A DNA stretch of 64,000 bases from Actinomycetota bacterium. Its GTDB lineage: Bacteria; Actinomycetota; Acidimicrobiia; Acidimicrobiales; RAAP-2. A program made the translations under genes and the position numbers. The stretch covers positions 28,857-92,856 of the forward strand of contig JAPLAD010000071.1 of assembly GCA_026393435.1 (NCBI GenBank), read 5' to 3'. How positions within the stretch are numbered: the first letter of the stretch is position 1; each line of letters starts with the position of its first letter. Under the pieces are notes generated by a model, which was not told the DNA's origin, searched no databases, and saw only the letters and a list, made by a program, of their open reading frames with translations. This document shows, piece by piece, positions 17,876 to 26,888 of this stretch.

Positions 17876-20146
17876 TCAGCCTCCGTTGCCGGCAGCGATG
17901 TACGTACGACAGGGCTGACCACGGTTGCTCCCGCAGGCCGGCTGACTGTCGGTTGGCGTCACTGTTGACACCACCGGCAGGACAAGTGAAGAGGCACCGA
18001 AGTAGATGGTGTTCGTTACTGCACCATTAGTCACCAGACTTCCAAATTCCCACGATGGACGATCACCGCCTGGCGCACTAATCGTGATTCGAATCCGGGA
18101 GCCAGTGCGGAAGGTAAAGGCAATGGGATTGATTGGTACTCGCACATTGACCGCCGTGCCTGGGGTTAAGGCGTGAGCACTACTTGCGGTATAGAGCGGC
18201 ACTGGCGCATACTGCGTCGACGCCTTGGTATCAACAGTGCGATAACTGGCCCGGAGGAATCCGGAGGTTACGTACATTTCTTGACCACTAGCGCGCACTT
18301 CCGACACCGTCACTTGAATGTCCGTATTAGTAGCGGTCGATGCAAGGCGGAGATTCAAGCTGGCTGGGCCGACCACTGTCGTATTTTTTGTAAGTGCGCC
18401 CGAGAGAAAGCCTGCGCCGTCGGTTCCGGTCACGGCTGTCCAGTTGTAGTTCGGCTGTGCGGCCCAGGCGTTAAAACTCGATCCAGCCGACGTCGCTGGG
18501 CGGGTGGAGGCATCCGGCTTGTAGGTCGCACTACCTGACGTAGGAGCAGCGCCGAGAAGGGCACCACTGGCACCTAGGTAGTACGTCGCTGCTTTAGCCG
18601 TCGTTGGCGGGAACGCGGTGAACCCTGCTTCGTACGCCGGCGAAAGTACGCCGGCGCCGGCCGAAGAGTTTCCATTATCAAAGAGGACTCGGATGCGAGC
18701 ATCCTTTTTGAACAACGTCAAAGCGCTGGCGTAACTCGAAGCCGAGGTGAAGCGAACGGCCGGGAAAGTTGCTCCGCTCGTGGGCTGGGCGCCGGACATA
18801 AAGAGGCTCCCTAAAAACCCAATCGTGGTTGGCTTGCGTTTACCCACGAAGAGATTAAGAAACTCATGCCAACGAGTCAAAATCGCGGGTGAAAAAGAGT
18901 CGACGTGAGTTCCATTCTGCATCGTGACCCAAACATTTTTATTCTTCGAGAGTGCACTGATGATCGCGGGCCACTGAGGTCCGGTCTGCTCGTCGTTCAG
19001 TCCACCAGTCAAGAAAACGGGGACCTTAATCGAGGTCGCCCACTTCTGGGGTGATCGAACGTCGTAAAGCGATGGGGTCCGGTCGTCATGGAGGGCCAGA
19101 ATTTCATTGACGTCCTGTGCCTGTTCGTGGAACGTTTGATTACCAGCGCAGACCGTGTCGCCAGTATCGATTTCTGCTTGCGTCCAGGACTGACCTAGTG
19201 GTGCGGCCTTAGCGTCCCTAACGCGGTCCGCGATCCAACCGGCAGCGAAACCTGTGTTGCGAATGCCGCCCGGTGAACCCGTGGCAAACAAGTCGTTAGT
19301 CGGACTCATCGGAGCGATGGCGGCCAGGTGTGGTGGCTGGAGGCCAGCCACAGCGAACTGACTGATTCCCGAATACGAGATCCCGATGAGACCCACCTGA
19401 TGGTTCGAGACCCAGCTCTGACGGGCAATGCGCTCGATGGCGTCATATCCGTCGGTTGCCAGGGTCGGACCAAAGAGGTCGTAGGCGCCACCCGAGCAGC
19501 CTGATCCACGAATCTGTAATGACACCGTGGCGAATCCAACGCTGGGACCAATTAGGGAACCCAGGGCCGTCGAAGACGAAGGCAGGAGGGGGTCGTTTGC
19601 AGGGTGGCCGGCACGACCTAGATATGAGTCGATGAGTGAGTGGGGTGCAGCCGTGGTGTACCCGGAGTATTCGATAAGTGTCACGAATGGGCCGTTGGCG
19701 AGAGTCTTGCCGTCGGGCAGACGAACTGTCGCCGCCAAATTGATGCCGTCTCGCATCGTGATGTAGTTCAGTCCTTCGTGGAGCGCAGGGCCGTTATAGA
19801 GCGAAACATTTGGGGTCTTGGTATCGAGGACGGTAAAAACTGGTCGGCTGACTCCACCGACGGTGGCGTGGTAGCCCGTTCCGGGGACGATGTCATGAAA
19901 GACAAGGGCGCCGTGGGCATCGGTTACGCCCGTGCCGATCGTGGCGTTTTTAGAGTTGTAGAGCGTCACTGACACGCCGGTGGCGGCGGCGCCACTTAAC
20001 GTCGTTGACACGTACACCGCATTGACCGATCCACGCACCGAAACGGTAATAGTGCTCGCCATTGATGCGTGAGCCAGGCCCAACGTTGTAATAAGCGTGA
20101 GGGCCATAACTATGGCAATACGTGAAAAACTCTTGGTCCCCAACAT
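17876..20146 (-). CDS. CocE/NonD-family (S15 X-Pro dipeptidyl-peptidase-like) hydrolase, secreted
   Basis: GISYSG nucleophile motif, long C-terminal beta domain and a signal peptide. Start is either ATG 20146 (GGGGGGAA RBS) or 20182. Confidence 0.75.
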   Translation of the reverse strand: MLGTKSFSRIAIVMALTLITTLGLAHASMASTITVSVRGSVNAVYVSTTLSGAAATGVSVTLYNSKNATIGTGVTDAHGALVFHDIVPGTGYHATVGGVSRPVFTVLDTKTPNVSLYNGPALHEGLNYITMRDGINLAATVRLPDGKTLANGPFVTLIEYSGYTTAAPHSLIDSYLGRAGHPANDPLLPSSSTALGSLIGPSVGFATVSLQIRGSGCSGGAYDLFGPTLATDGYDAIERIARQSWVSNHQVGLIGISYSGISQFAVAGLQPPHLAAIAPMSPTNDLFATGSPGGIRNTGFAAGWIADRVRDAKAAPLGQSWTQAEIDTGDTVCAGNQTFHEQAQDVNEILALHDDRTPSLYDVRSPQKWATSIKVPVFLTGGLNDEQTGPQWPAIISALSKNKNVWVTMQNGTHVDSFSPAILTRWHEFLNLFVGKRKPTTIGFLGSLFMSGAQPTSGATFPAVRFTSASSYASALTLFKKDARIRVLFDNGNSSAGAGVLSPAYEAGFTAFPPTTAKAATYYLGASGALLGAAPTSGSATYKPDASTRPATSAGSSFNAWAAQPNYNWTAVTGTDGAGFLSGALTKNTTVVGPASLNLRLASTATNTDIQVTVSEVRASGQEMYVTSGFLRASYRTVDTKASTQYAPVPLYTASSAHALTPGTAVNVRVPINPIAFTFRTGSRIRITISAPGGDRPSWEFGSLVTNGAVTNTIYFGASSLVLPVVSTVTPTDSQPACGSNRGQPCRTYIAAGNGG

Positions 20147-20204
20147 GAATTCCCCCCAGGAAGTGCTGCCCATTCCTAGCACCGAATTCTCGAGCCCGGA
20201 GACT

Positions 20205-21833
20205 CTAGACCGTCGTGCGAATGCTGACTGGGGCGGGGGCGGCAGCGGCAGCGTCTCGAGCGTGATAGCTCGAACGCGTCAGTGGGGAACTCTGTACGTA
20301 GGCCAAACCGAGCGAGCGGCCCACGGCGGCCAGTTCGTCAAACTCGTGTGGCTCCCACCATCGAGCAACCGGCAGATGCTTGGTCGTAGGGCGCAGATAC
20401 TGACCAATGGTGGCAATCTGCACGCCGACCGCCGCCAGATCGGCGAGCGTCTCTTCAACTTCGTCGCGACGCTCACCCAGACCCACCATCAGCCCAGATT
20501 TCGTAGTCAGACCGGCCGCACGGCTTCGAGCCAGCACCGCCAAGCTCCGCAAATACCCGGCCGACGGGCGCACGGCATATTGAAGACGCGCCACCGTCTC
20601 AATGTTGTGGTTCAAGACATCAGGCTTGGCGTCAAGAATGAGCTGAAGCGAATCCAGATCCCCCTTGACATCGCTAATCAAAACTTCAACTTGGGTGTTC
20701 GGCTTGCGCTCGCGGATGGCATAAATCGTTTCGGCAATCGCGCCCGCACCACCGTCTTCAAGATCATCACGTGCAACGCACGTAATTACGGCGTGGGAAA
20801 GATTGAGGCGGACCACCGCTTCGGCCACGCGGGCCGGTTCGGTGGCATCGAGGGGCATGGGTTTGCGTGTATCGATGAGACAAAATCCGCAAGCTCGGGT
20901 ACAGCGCTCACCATTCACCATGAAGGTCGCCGTGCCATCCTGCCAGCACTCAAAAATGTTGGGGCAGCCGGCCTCTTCGCAGACGGTTACCAGGCGCAAG
21001 TCTTCGGTCAGTTTGCGCAACGAGTTGAACTCACTGCCCATATGTGCAGGAATGCGGAGCCACTCTGGCTTGCGTGCAGCGATATCAAGACCCATATCGG
21101 GGTCGACCCCGGCCTTACGGAGGCGGCGAATAAGTGGTCGTTCACTACTCGTCGATGCGGCCGAACGATCCACGGATGCCACACTCGTCGCGCCCCCGAG
21201 AGCGGTCGCCACGGCGTCGGCAATGGCCTCTTCAGCTGTATTAAACGAGGTGGCCAGACCAAGGCTCTGCAGGGAGCCAACGGGGTACTGCGATACGCCG
21301 CAGGGAACAATGGCCTCAAACGCTTCGAGGTCGACATTTACGTTGAGGGCGATGCCATGCAACGTCCGACGGCGGCCCGAGGTGTCACGCTCCGTACGAA
21401 CCCCGACTTGGCCAATCTTCACGGGTGCCGTGTCAACGTGAGCCCAAATACCAGGAAAACCGTTGAGTCGACCAACGACCCCCAAGGCACCCTGGCCATC
21501 AAGCATCTGGACCGCGGCAATTACACCGTCTTCGAGACGACCAACATGGAGTCGACCGGCCGAAGGGTCATCCGCTACCGTCACAATCGCCCAAAGGACA
21601 ACTTGGCCGGGACCGTGATACGTCACATCTCCCCCGCGATCAGCGTCGATTACTGTGGCCGACAGTGACTCGGGGGCTACGAGAAATGATTCATCACCCG
21701 CTCGAACTCCCCGCGTATAGGTCGGTGGATGCTCAAAGACCAATAAGTAGTCGTCGTGGGCTTCAAGCAGGGCGTGCTGGAAGTCGTTGACTTCCGCAAA
21801 TGCCACACGCCCGAGATGACGACGACGTAGCAC
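20205..21833 (-). CDS. lipB/lipA: fused octanoyltransferase-lipoyl synthase (LipB-LipA)
   Basis: A single uninterrupted 542-aa frame. LipB motifs: RGGDVTYHGPGQ, KIGQVGVR, PCG. LipA motifs: CEEAGCPN, CTRACGFC. GTG start overlaps the E2 stop by 1 nt. Confidence 0.85.
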   Translation of the reverse strand: MLRRRHLGRVAFAEVNDFQHALLEAHDDYLLVFEHPPTYTRGVRAGDESFLVAPESLSATVIDADRGGDVTYHGPGQVVLWAIVTVADDPSAGRLHVGRLEDGVIAAVQMLDGQGALGVVGRLNGFPGIWAHVDTAPVKIGQVGVRTERDTSGRRRTLHGIALNVNVDLEAFEAIVPCGVSQYPVGSLQSLGLATSFNTAEEAIADAVATALGGATSVASVDRSAASTSSERPLIRRLRKAGVDPDMGLDIAARKPEWLRIPAHMGSEFNSLRKLTEDLRLVTVCEEAGCPNIFECWQDGTATFMVNGERCTRACGFCLIDTRKPMPLDATEPARVAEAVVRLNLSHAVITCVARDDLEDGGAGAIAETIYAIRERKPNTQVEVLISDVKGDLDSLQLILDAKPDVLNHNIETVARLQYAVRPSAGYLRSLAVLARSRAAGLTTKSGLMVGLGERRDEVEETLADLAAVGVQIATIGQYLRPTTKHLPVARWWEPHEFDELAAVGRSLGLAYVQSSPLTRSSYHARDAAAAAPAPVSIRTTV

Positions 21834-22999
21834 TACCGCTCCGCGTGGATGTCGATGGCGGCAAGGATTTCACCCACCCGCTCGAGATACTTGGCTGCAG
21901 ATACGGGGTCCGCGACGCGATGATCGAATGAGAGTCCCAGCACCAACCGGCGTCCCGGCTCAACTACTTCCACACCGTCTCGTAGAACAATCACGGGAAC
22001 ATGACGGACGGCACCCACAGAGAGTGCGGCCACATTTGGTTGGATTAAGAGTGGTGTTGCCACCAGCGTGGAGGGAGTCGGAGCCGCGAGAAGCGAGAAG
22101 GTCCCGCCGAGAAGATCATCGGTCGTTAGCTGACGGGACTCCACGCGATCTGAGAGATCACTCAAACGTTGGGCTAACGCCCGAAGAGTGAGGCCGCCAG
22201 CGGCATGAACCACGGGCACCAGCATGCCCGCCGGCTGAAGGCTCCGCACAAACCCGAGATTGATAGTCCGGTGAACAATCAAGTCGTCACCCGCAACTGT
22301 CGCATTGAAGAAATCAAACTCAGCGAGCGCGCGTACGGCAGCGAGTGCGACCAGTGTCTCATCAGTAATAGGCGTACCGTCCGTCGTGCTACGACTTACG
22401 GCATCGAGTGTGACAAAAACCGACGCATCGACTTCGACGGCCACAAAACCGTGGGGACTCGTGCGGACGGAATCCACCATGTGCTGAGCCATACGGCGCA
22501 GCCCTGGAGTCAGGGCAATAGCTACATCGTCAGAAGGTCTCTTTGCTACGGCCGCTTCAGCATCGCGACGGGTAACCGAGCCTCCGAGACCGGTGCCTTG
22601 AATCGAGCGAGCGTCTACGCCGCCATCTTCCAGGATGCGGCGAACGACTGGGGACACCACTAGTCCCTTATCGGACTTGGATGGTGCAGTGGTGGGTGCC
22701 ACGGCGGTCGGCGTGGAACTTGGAACTTCATCTACTGGCGATGGAGGAGATGCGGGTGCACCGTCTAACTCGCCAATGACGGCAACCACGGCACCGACAC
22801 CGACGGTGTCACCTTCGTTCGCCAAGATTTTGAGCAGAACGCCCGCCGCCGGAGAGGGCAACTCGGAGTCAACTTTGTCCGTGGAAATTTCAAAGAGAGG
22901 CTCGTCGCGCCCAACGACATCACCGACGTTCTTCATCCAACGGGTGATGATGCCTTCAGTGACGGACTCACCGAGGGAAGGAAGCGTGACATCAGCCAA
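21833..22999 (-). CDS. 2-oxoacid dehydrogenase E2 (dihydrolipoamide acyltransferase)
   Basis: Lipoyl domain (EISTDKVDSELPS), E3-binding domain and catalytic domain with DHRVAD. Apparent TTG start (MADVTLPSLGESV) overlaps the lpd stop. Confidence 0.85.
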   Translation of the reverse strand: MADVTLPSLGESVTEGIITRWMKNVGDVVGRDEPLFEISTDKVDSELPSPAAGVLLKILANEGDTVGVGAVVAVIGELDGAPASPPSPVDEVPSSTPTAVAPTTAPSKSDKGLVVSPVVRRILEDGGVDARSIQGTGLGGSVTRRDAEAAVAKRPSDDVAIALTPGLRRMAQHMVDSVRTSPHGFVAVEVDASVFVTLDAVSRSTTDGTPITDETLVALAAVRALAEFDFFNATVAGDDLIVHRTINLGFVRSLQPAGMLVPVVHAAGGLTLRALAQRLSDLSDRVESRQLTTDDLLGGTFSLLAAPTPSTLVATPLLIQPNVAALSVGAVRHVPVIVLRDGVEVVEPGRRLVLGLSFDHRVADPVSAAKYLERVGEILAAIDIHAER

Positions 23000-24407
23000 C
23001 GTGGAGTCCTCGTCCGGCTAGGGCGAGGAGGGTCTCGCCAAACGTCTCCGAGAGAGACGGGTGAGGCTGAATCAAGGCTGCTGCTTCCGAGGCAGTGGCC
23101 TCCCAGTTGACGGCAAAGTAGCCCGCACCCAACTGTTCAGTGACCCACGGACCGGCCATGTGGACGCCGAGTAGCTGACCAGCGGTACCGTCGGCATTCT
23201 TCTCGGCAATGATCTTTACGACACCTTCCGTGTCGCCGATGATGCGTGCACGACCGTTGCCGGCGAAGGGATCTTTCTTCACCACGACGTTGTAACCGCG
23301 CTCCTTGGCTGCCGCTTCAGTCAGGCCGCAGAAGGCCACTTCGGGGTTCGTATAGATCGCCCACGGAACTCGGTCATAGTTAACCGGCACGGTGGCTTCA
23401 CCAAGGATGGTCTTAATAGCCACGATGGCCTCTGCAAATCCAACGTGAGCCAACTGGGGGGTTCCGGCCACAACGTCGCCTACGGCAAAGACGTTAGGAG
23501 CGGCGGTACGCATGTATTCATCGGCCACCACAAAGCCACGCTCGTCAAGTTCCACTCCGGTTGCTTCACCAAGGAGGCCCTCGGTACGGGGGCGACGGCC
23601 TACCGAGACAATGACCATGTCGACCTGCACGTCGTCCACGCCGTCGAGGTGCAACGTGGTGCCGGTCTGACCAGGTGTATGACCGGTGACCTTGGCATTG
23701 GTCACGATGTCGATACCGCGCTTCTTAAAGGAACGCTGTACGACCGATGCCACTTCAGTGTCGCATCCCGCGAGGATTGAAGGCAAGCCCTCAACGATGG
23801 TGACATTCGATCCCATGTCACTCAGCATTGAGGCGAATTCACAACCAATAGCGCCCCCGCCGATGACGGCCGCCGATGAGGGCAGTTCACTCAGAGCCAA
23901 GAATTCATCGGAGGTCAAGATGACTTCGCCGTCGACGTCGAACCCGGGCAGAGTGCGAGGAACTGAACCCGAAGCCAGAATGACGTTCTTTCCCGTCAGC
24001 GTTGTGCCGGCATCGGCGCCATCTAGAACTACGACGCTGTTGTTGGCATCGAGTAGACCGGTGCCATCGAGCACATCAATCTTGCGACCCTTCAGGAGAC
24101 CGGAGAGACCCTTGTGCAGCTGATCGACGACGTCATTTTTTCGATTCTGACTCACGGCAAAATCAACGGTTGGCGTGGAGGTGGTGAAACCAAATGCGCT
24201 GCCGTGTTGGATTGTTCGCAGCACGTGGGCCGTTTCTAAAAACTCTTTGGCGGGAATGCAGCCACGGTGCAGGCACGTGCCACCGACCTTGTCACGCTCA
24301 ATGAGAGCCACGGAGAGTCCGGCGGCGGCGGCGTAAAGAGCGGCGGCGTACCCTCCGGGGCCACCGCCGATTACGACAACATCAAACTGTTTACTCTCAG
24401 AAGCCAC
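22992..24407 (-). CDS. lpd: dihydrolipoyl dehydrogenase (E3)
   Basis: GGGPGGY FAD motif, redox disulfide GGTCLHRGCIPAK and a C-terminal dimerisation domain. Confidence 0.95.
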   Translation of the reverse strand: MASESKQFDVVVIGGGPGGYAAALYAAAAGLSVALIERDKVGGTCLHRGCIPAKEFLETAHVLRTIQHGSAFGFTTSTPTVDFAVSQNRKNDVVDQLHKGLSGLLKGRKIDVLDGTGLLDANNSVVVLDGADAGTTLTGKNVILASGSVPRTLPGFDVDGEVILTSDEFLALSELPSSAAVIGGGAIGCEFASMLSDMGSNVTIVEGLPSILAGCDTEVASVVQRSFKKRGIDIVTNAKVTGHTPGQTGTTLHLDGVDDVQVDMVIVSVGRRPRTEGLLGEATGVELDERGFVVADEYMRTAAPNVFAVGDVVAGTPQLAHVGFAEAIVAIKTILGEATVPVNYDRVPWAIYTNPEVAFCGLTEAAAKERGYNVVVKKDPFAGNGRARIIGDTEGVVKIIAEKNADGTAGQLLGVHMAGPWVTEQLGAGYFAVNWEATASEAAALIQPHPSLSETFGETLLALAGRGLHVG

Positions 24408-24473
24408 AGTGACCCTTTCTGCGCCGAAACGACGAAACTTAGGAAATTCTAGTTCCGTGGGACCCCTGTCAGT

Positions 24474-24920
24474 TCAGGGTGTTGTCGACCTTCCATGGCC
24501 CAGATCGGCCGCTTCGGTTGCCAGCCCATCAACGAAATCGTTCATCACGTCGCCGGAGTGACCTTTTACCCATCGAAATGAGATTGACCGATCCGACTCC
24601 AAAACGAGTGCAAACAGCGTTTCCCAGAGGTCACGGTTCGCCACCGCCTGGCCCTGCGAGTTCTTCCAGCCCCGCTTGAGCCAACCGGCGTACCAACGAT
24701 CGTTGAAACACTTCACAACGTAGGTTGAGTCGGAGACAATCTCAATCACGTCATCGGGCACGGAGCGGAGTGCTTCTATGACGGCGAGGAGTTCCATCCG
24801 TTGGTTCGTCGTGTGCTCGTCGAAGCCCGAGGCGAAATAGGTCGCTCCCTCGGCCCAGGCCCAGCCTCCGGGACCGGGGTTACCACGACAGGCTCCATCG
24901 GTATAGAGAATGCGACTCAC
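24474..24920 (-). CDS. rnhA: ribonuclease HI
   Basis: YTDGACRGNPGPGGWA and TNQRMELLA motifs. Confidence 0.9.
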   Translation of the reverse strand: MSRILYTDGACRGNPGPGGWAWAEGATYFASGFDEHTTNQRMELLAVIEALRSVPDDVIEIVSDSTYVVKCFNDRWYAGWLKRGWKNSQGQAVANRDLWETLFALVLESDRSISFRWVKGHSGDVMNDFVDGLATEAADLGHGRSTTP

Positions 24921-25375
24921 GGAGTGTGGGTGGTCCAGGCGTCTGGGTCTTTTGTGAATTGCGTGACCTCGAGGGGCAGTTCACCCTTGGCAACATCGGC
25001 CACGGTGACGTGTTCGAGAACTTGGCGCAAGCTGGCGCGCACCGCAATCCAGACCTCCTGCAATGAAGTAGCCACGCCGTCGTAGTGAACATCTTCGGGA
25101 CGATTGCCTCGCACACCGGCCATTGGTCCACCGACAACGCGCAGCACCTTAGCCAGCGTGATCTGATCGGCCGGTCGCGCCAAGACGTAGCCACCGGCCG
25201 CCCCTCGGTGGCTCAAAACGAGCTCCGCTCGACGGAGATCAGAAAGGATCGCTCCGAGAAACTTTGCGGGAAGGCCCTGCTCTTCGGCCAGCGCTGCGGC
25301 ACTCATTGGTTCTTCAGAACTAGCCAGTGACAGCAGGGCGCGAATGGCGTAGTCGGCCTTGGCAGGTATTTGCAT
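24917..25375 (-). CDS. Rrf2-family transcriptional regulator (no Cys cluster ligands)
   Basis: MQIPAKADYAIRALLSLA winged-helix N-terminus. No C-x(n)-C-x(n)-C Fe-S ligand motif is visible. Confidence 0.85.
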   Translation of the reverse strand: MQIPAKADYAIRALLSLASSEEPMSAAALAEEQGLPAKFLGAILSDLRRAELVLSHRGAAGGYVLARPADQITLAKVLRVVGGPMAGVRGNRPEDVHYDGVATSLQEVWIAVRASLRQVLEHVTVADVAKGELPLEVTQFTKDPDAWTTHTP

Positions 25376-25397
25376 CGTTACAGTTTGCCTTGCTGCC

Positions 25398-26102
25398 TTA
25401 CGCGTTTAGGTCAAGTGAGGTGAGGTCGGGACCCACTACGAGATTGCCGGAAAAATGCTCCTTAGCGGCGGCGGCCCACTCGGCTTCGCCCCCGGGCGGA
25501 GGTGCCGGCACGTAGTGCGTCAAAATCAAGTGCTTGATTCCGGCTCGTTGTGCCGTTTGGGCGGCCTGCTCAACCGTGGAGTGGTAATCCAAGATGTCCT
25601 GGAGGCGAGCGATCGGCACCATTTTCACGATGTCTTCGCGCAATACAGTCTGGACGTAGGCATCCGCGCCGACGAGTAATTCGTCGAGCGAGTCACAAGG
25701 AACACCGTCACCGGCCATCACTACGTCATGTACGCCATCGGAAATACGAAAGCCGACTGAGGGGTGAACCGGCCGGTGGTCAGTTTCGCCAACCTTCACC
25801 TTCATCGTTCCCACGGTAAAGACGTCACCTGGGCCCACTTCCACAACATTGAGGCGCGGCGCGGCGTTGAGGTCATCGTGATGCGAAATGCGGTAGTGGA
25901 TGTCTGCTTCCAACATTTCGAGGATGTGTTGCACCATCTTGATGGTGCCGGGTGGCCCCCAGATTGAGAGTGGCACCTCAGAGTCGGGCTGCGACATAAC
26001 CCAGTACGACGTAATGATGTCATTTAGATCACAGATGTGATCACTGTGCAGGTGCGTTAATAAGACACCAGCGAGCATGGGCGGGAAATAGCCCGCTCCC
26101 AC
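25398..26102 (-). pseudogene. MBL-fold metallo-hydrolase, 5'-truncated at the inverted-repeat junction
   Basis: The ORF starts only about 15 codons before THLHSDH, whereas MBL folds normally have about 40-60 residues upstream of it. An in-frame stop lies at 26136-26138 inside the repeat arm. Confidence 0.6.
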
Positions 26103-26395
26103 GAGTGGCGTGTTTTTCTCGGAGTTGGACGATATCTACCCCGCCACGAAGGACTGCCGGCAGAAATGTACCCATGTCGGGTCGGATCCCGACGCAGAGA
26201 TAGAGATGGCGAGAATGGAGATTCCACACGCAACCACCCTGAAGCCTCCTCCTAGGGTGGTTGCGTGTGGAATCTCCATTCTCGCCATCTCTATCTCTGC
26301 GTCGGGATCCGACCCGACATGGGTACATTTCTGCCGGCAGTCCTTCGTGGCGGGGTAGATATCGTCCAACTCCGAGAAAAACACGCCACTCGTGG
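26099..26395. repeat. perfect inverted repeat: 142-bp arms (26099-26240 / 26254-26395), 13-nt spacer GAAGCCTCCTCCT
   Basis: Arms checked block by block as exact reverse complements. ORFs 26110..26358(+) and 26136..26441(-) translate to the same peptide. Confidence 0.95.
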
Positions 26396-26888
26396 TGATG
26401 TTCAGCGAGTAGCCGCCCTCGAGATGCGTGAAATTTGCCACGCGTATGGCGTGCCTTTCATCATGAATGATGACCCCGAACTAGCCCTAGAGGTGGGGGC
26501 TGATGGGGTCCACGTGGGTCAAGACGATGCCACTGTCGAATACTGCCGGTCCGTCCTAGGCGACCAAGCCATTATTGGTATCTCTACCCATGCGGATGCG
26601 GAATTTACCGCCGCATTGTCCCTCTCCGTCTCCTATCGATCAGCCGGGCCAATTGTGGCCACACCGACTAAGAAGGAGCGAATGCCGACCGGCGTGGAGT
26701 ACGCCGTGCGGTCTCAGCTCAGTAGTAGTGATCCCGTCTTTGTGACGGGCGGCGTCGATCTTGGCACACTCCCCGACCTTCTCGGCCGGGGGCTTCGTCA
26801 CTTTGTGGTGGTTCGAGCCCTCACTGAGTCAACGGCACCCGAGGCCACGGCCCGGTCGATGGCCCAACTCATTCATTCTGCGCTTTAG
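26265..26888 (+). CDS. thiE: thiamine-phosphate synthase
   Basis: HLYLCVG...GGVDIVQLREK...FIMNDDPELALEVGADGVHVGQDD matches the ThiE pattern. The first ~43 codons lie in the right repeat arm. Confidence 0.85.
   Translation: MWNLHSRHLYLCVGIRPDMGTFLPAVLRGGVDIVQLREKHATRGDVQRVAALEMREICHAYGVPFIMNDDPELALEVGADGVHVGQDDATVEYCRSVLGDQAIIGISTHADAEFTAALSLSVSYRSAGPIVATPTKKERMPTGVEYAVRSQLSSSDPVFVTGGVDLGTLPDLLGRGLRHFVVVRALTESTAPEATARSMAQLIHSAL

Noticed and set aside
20097-21668. 523-aa ORF on the + strand
   Set aside because: It lies entirely antisense to the well-supported lipB-lipA gene. Its sequence is low-complexity and Arg/Gly-rich with no recognisable domain. This is a typical shadow ORF in GC-rich DNA.
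26099-26264. TPP riboswitch, transposon terminal inverted repeats, CRISPR repeat or hairpin-telomere site as explanations for the palindrome
   Set aside because: No THI-box elements (e.g. CTGAGA) are present. The arms are simply thiE coding sequence and its inverted copy. There is no transposase, cas or protelomerase gene, and there are no additional repeat copies. The element is reported instead as a rearrangement or artefact.
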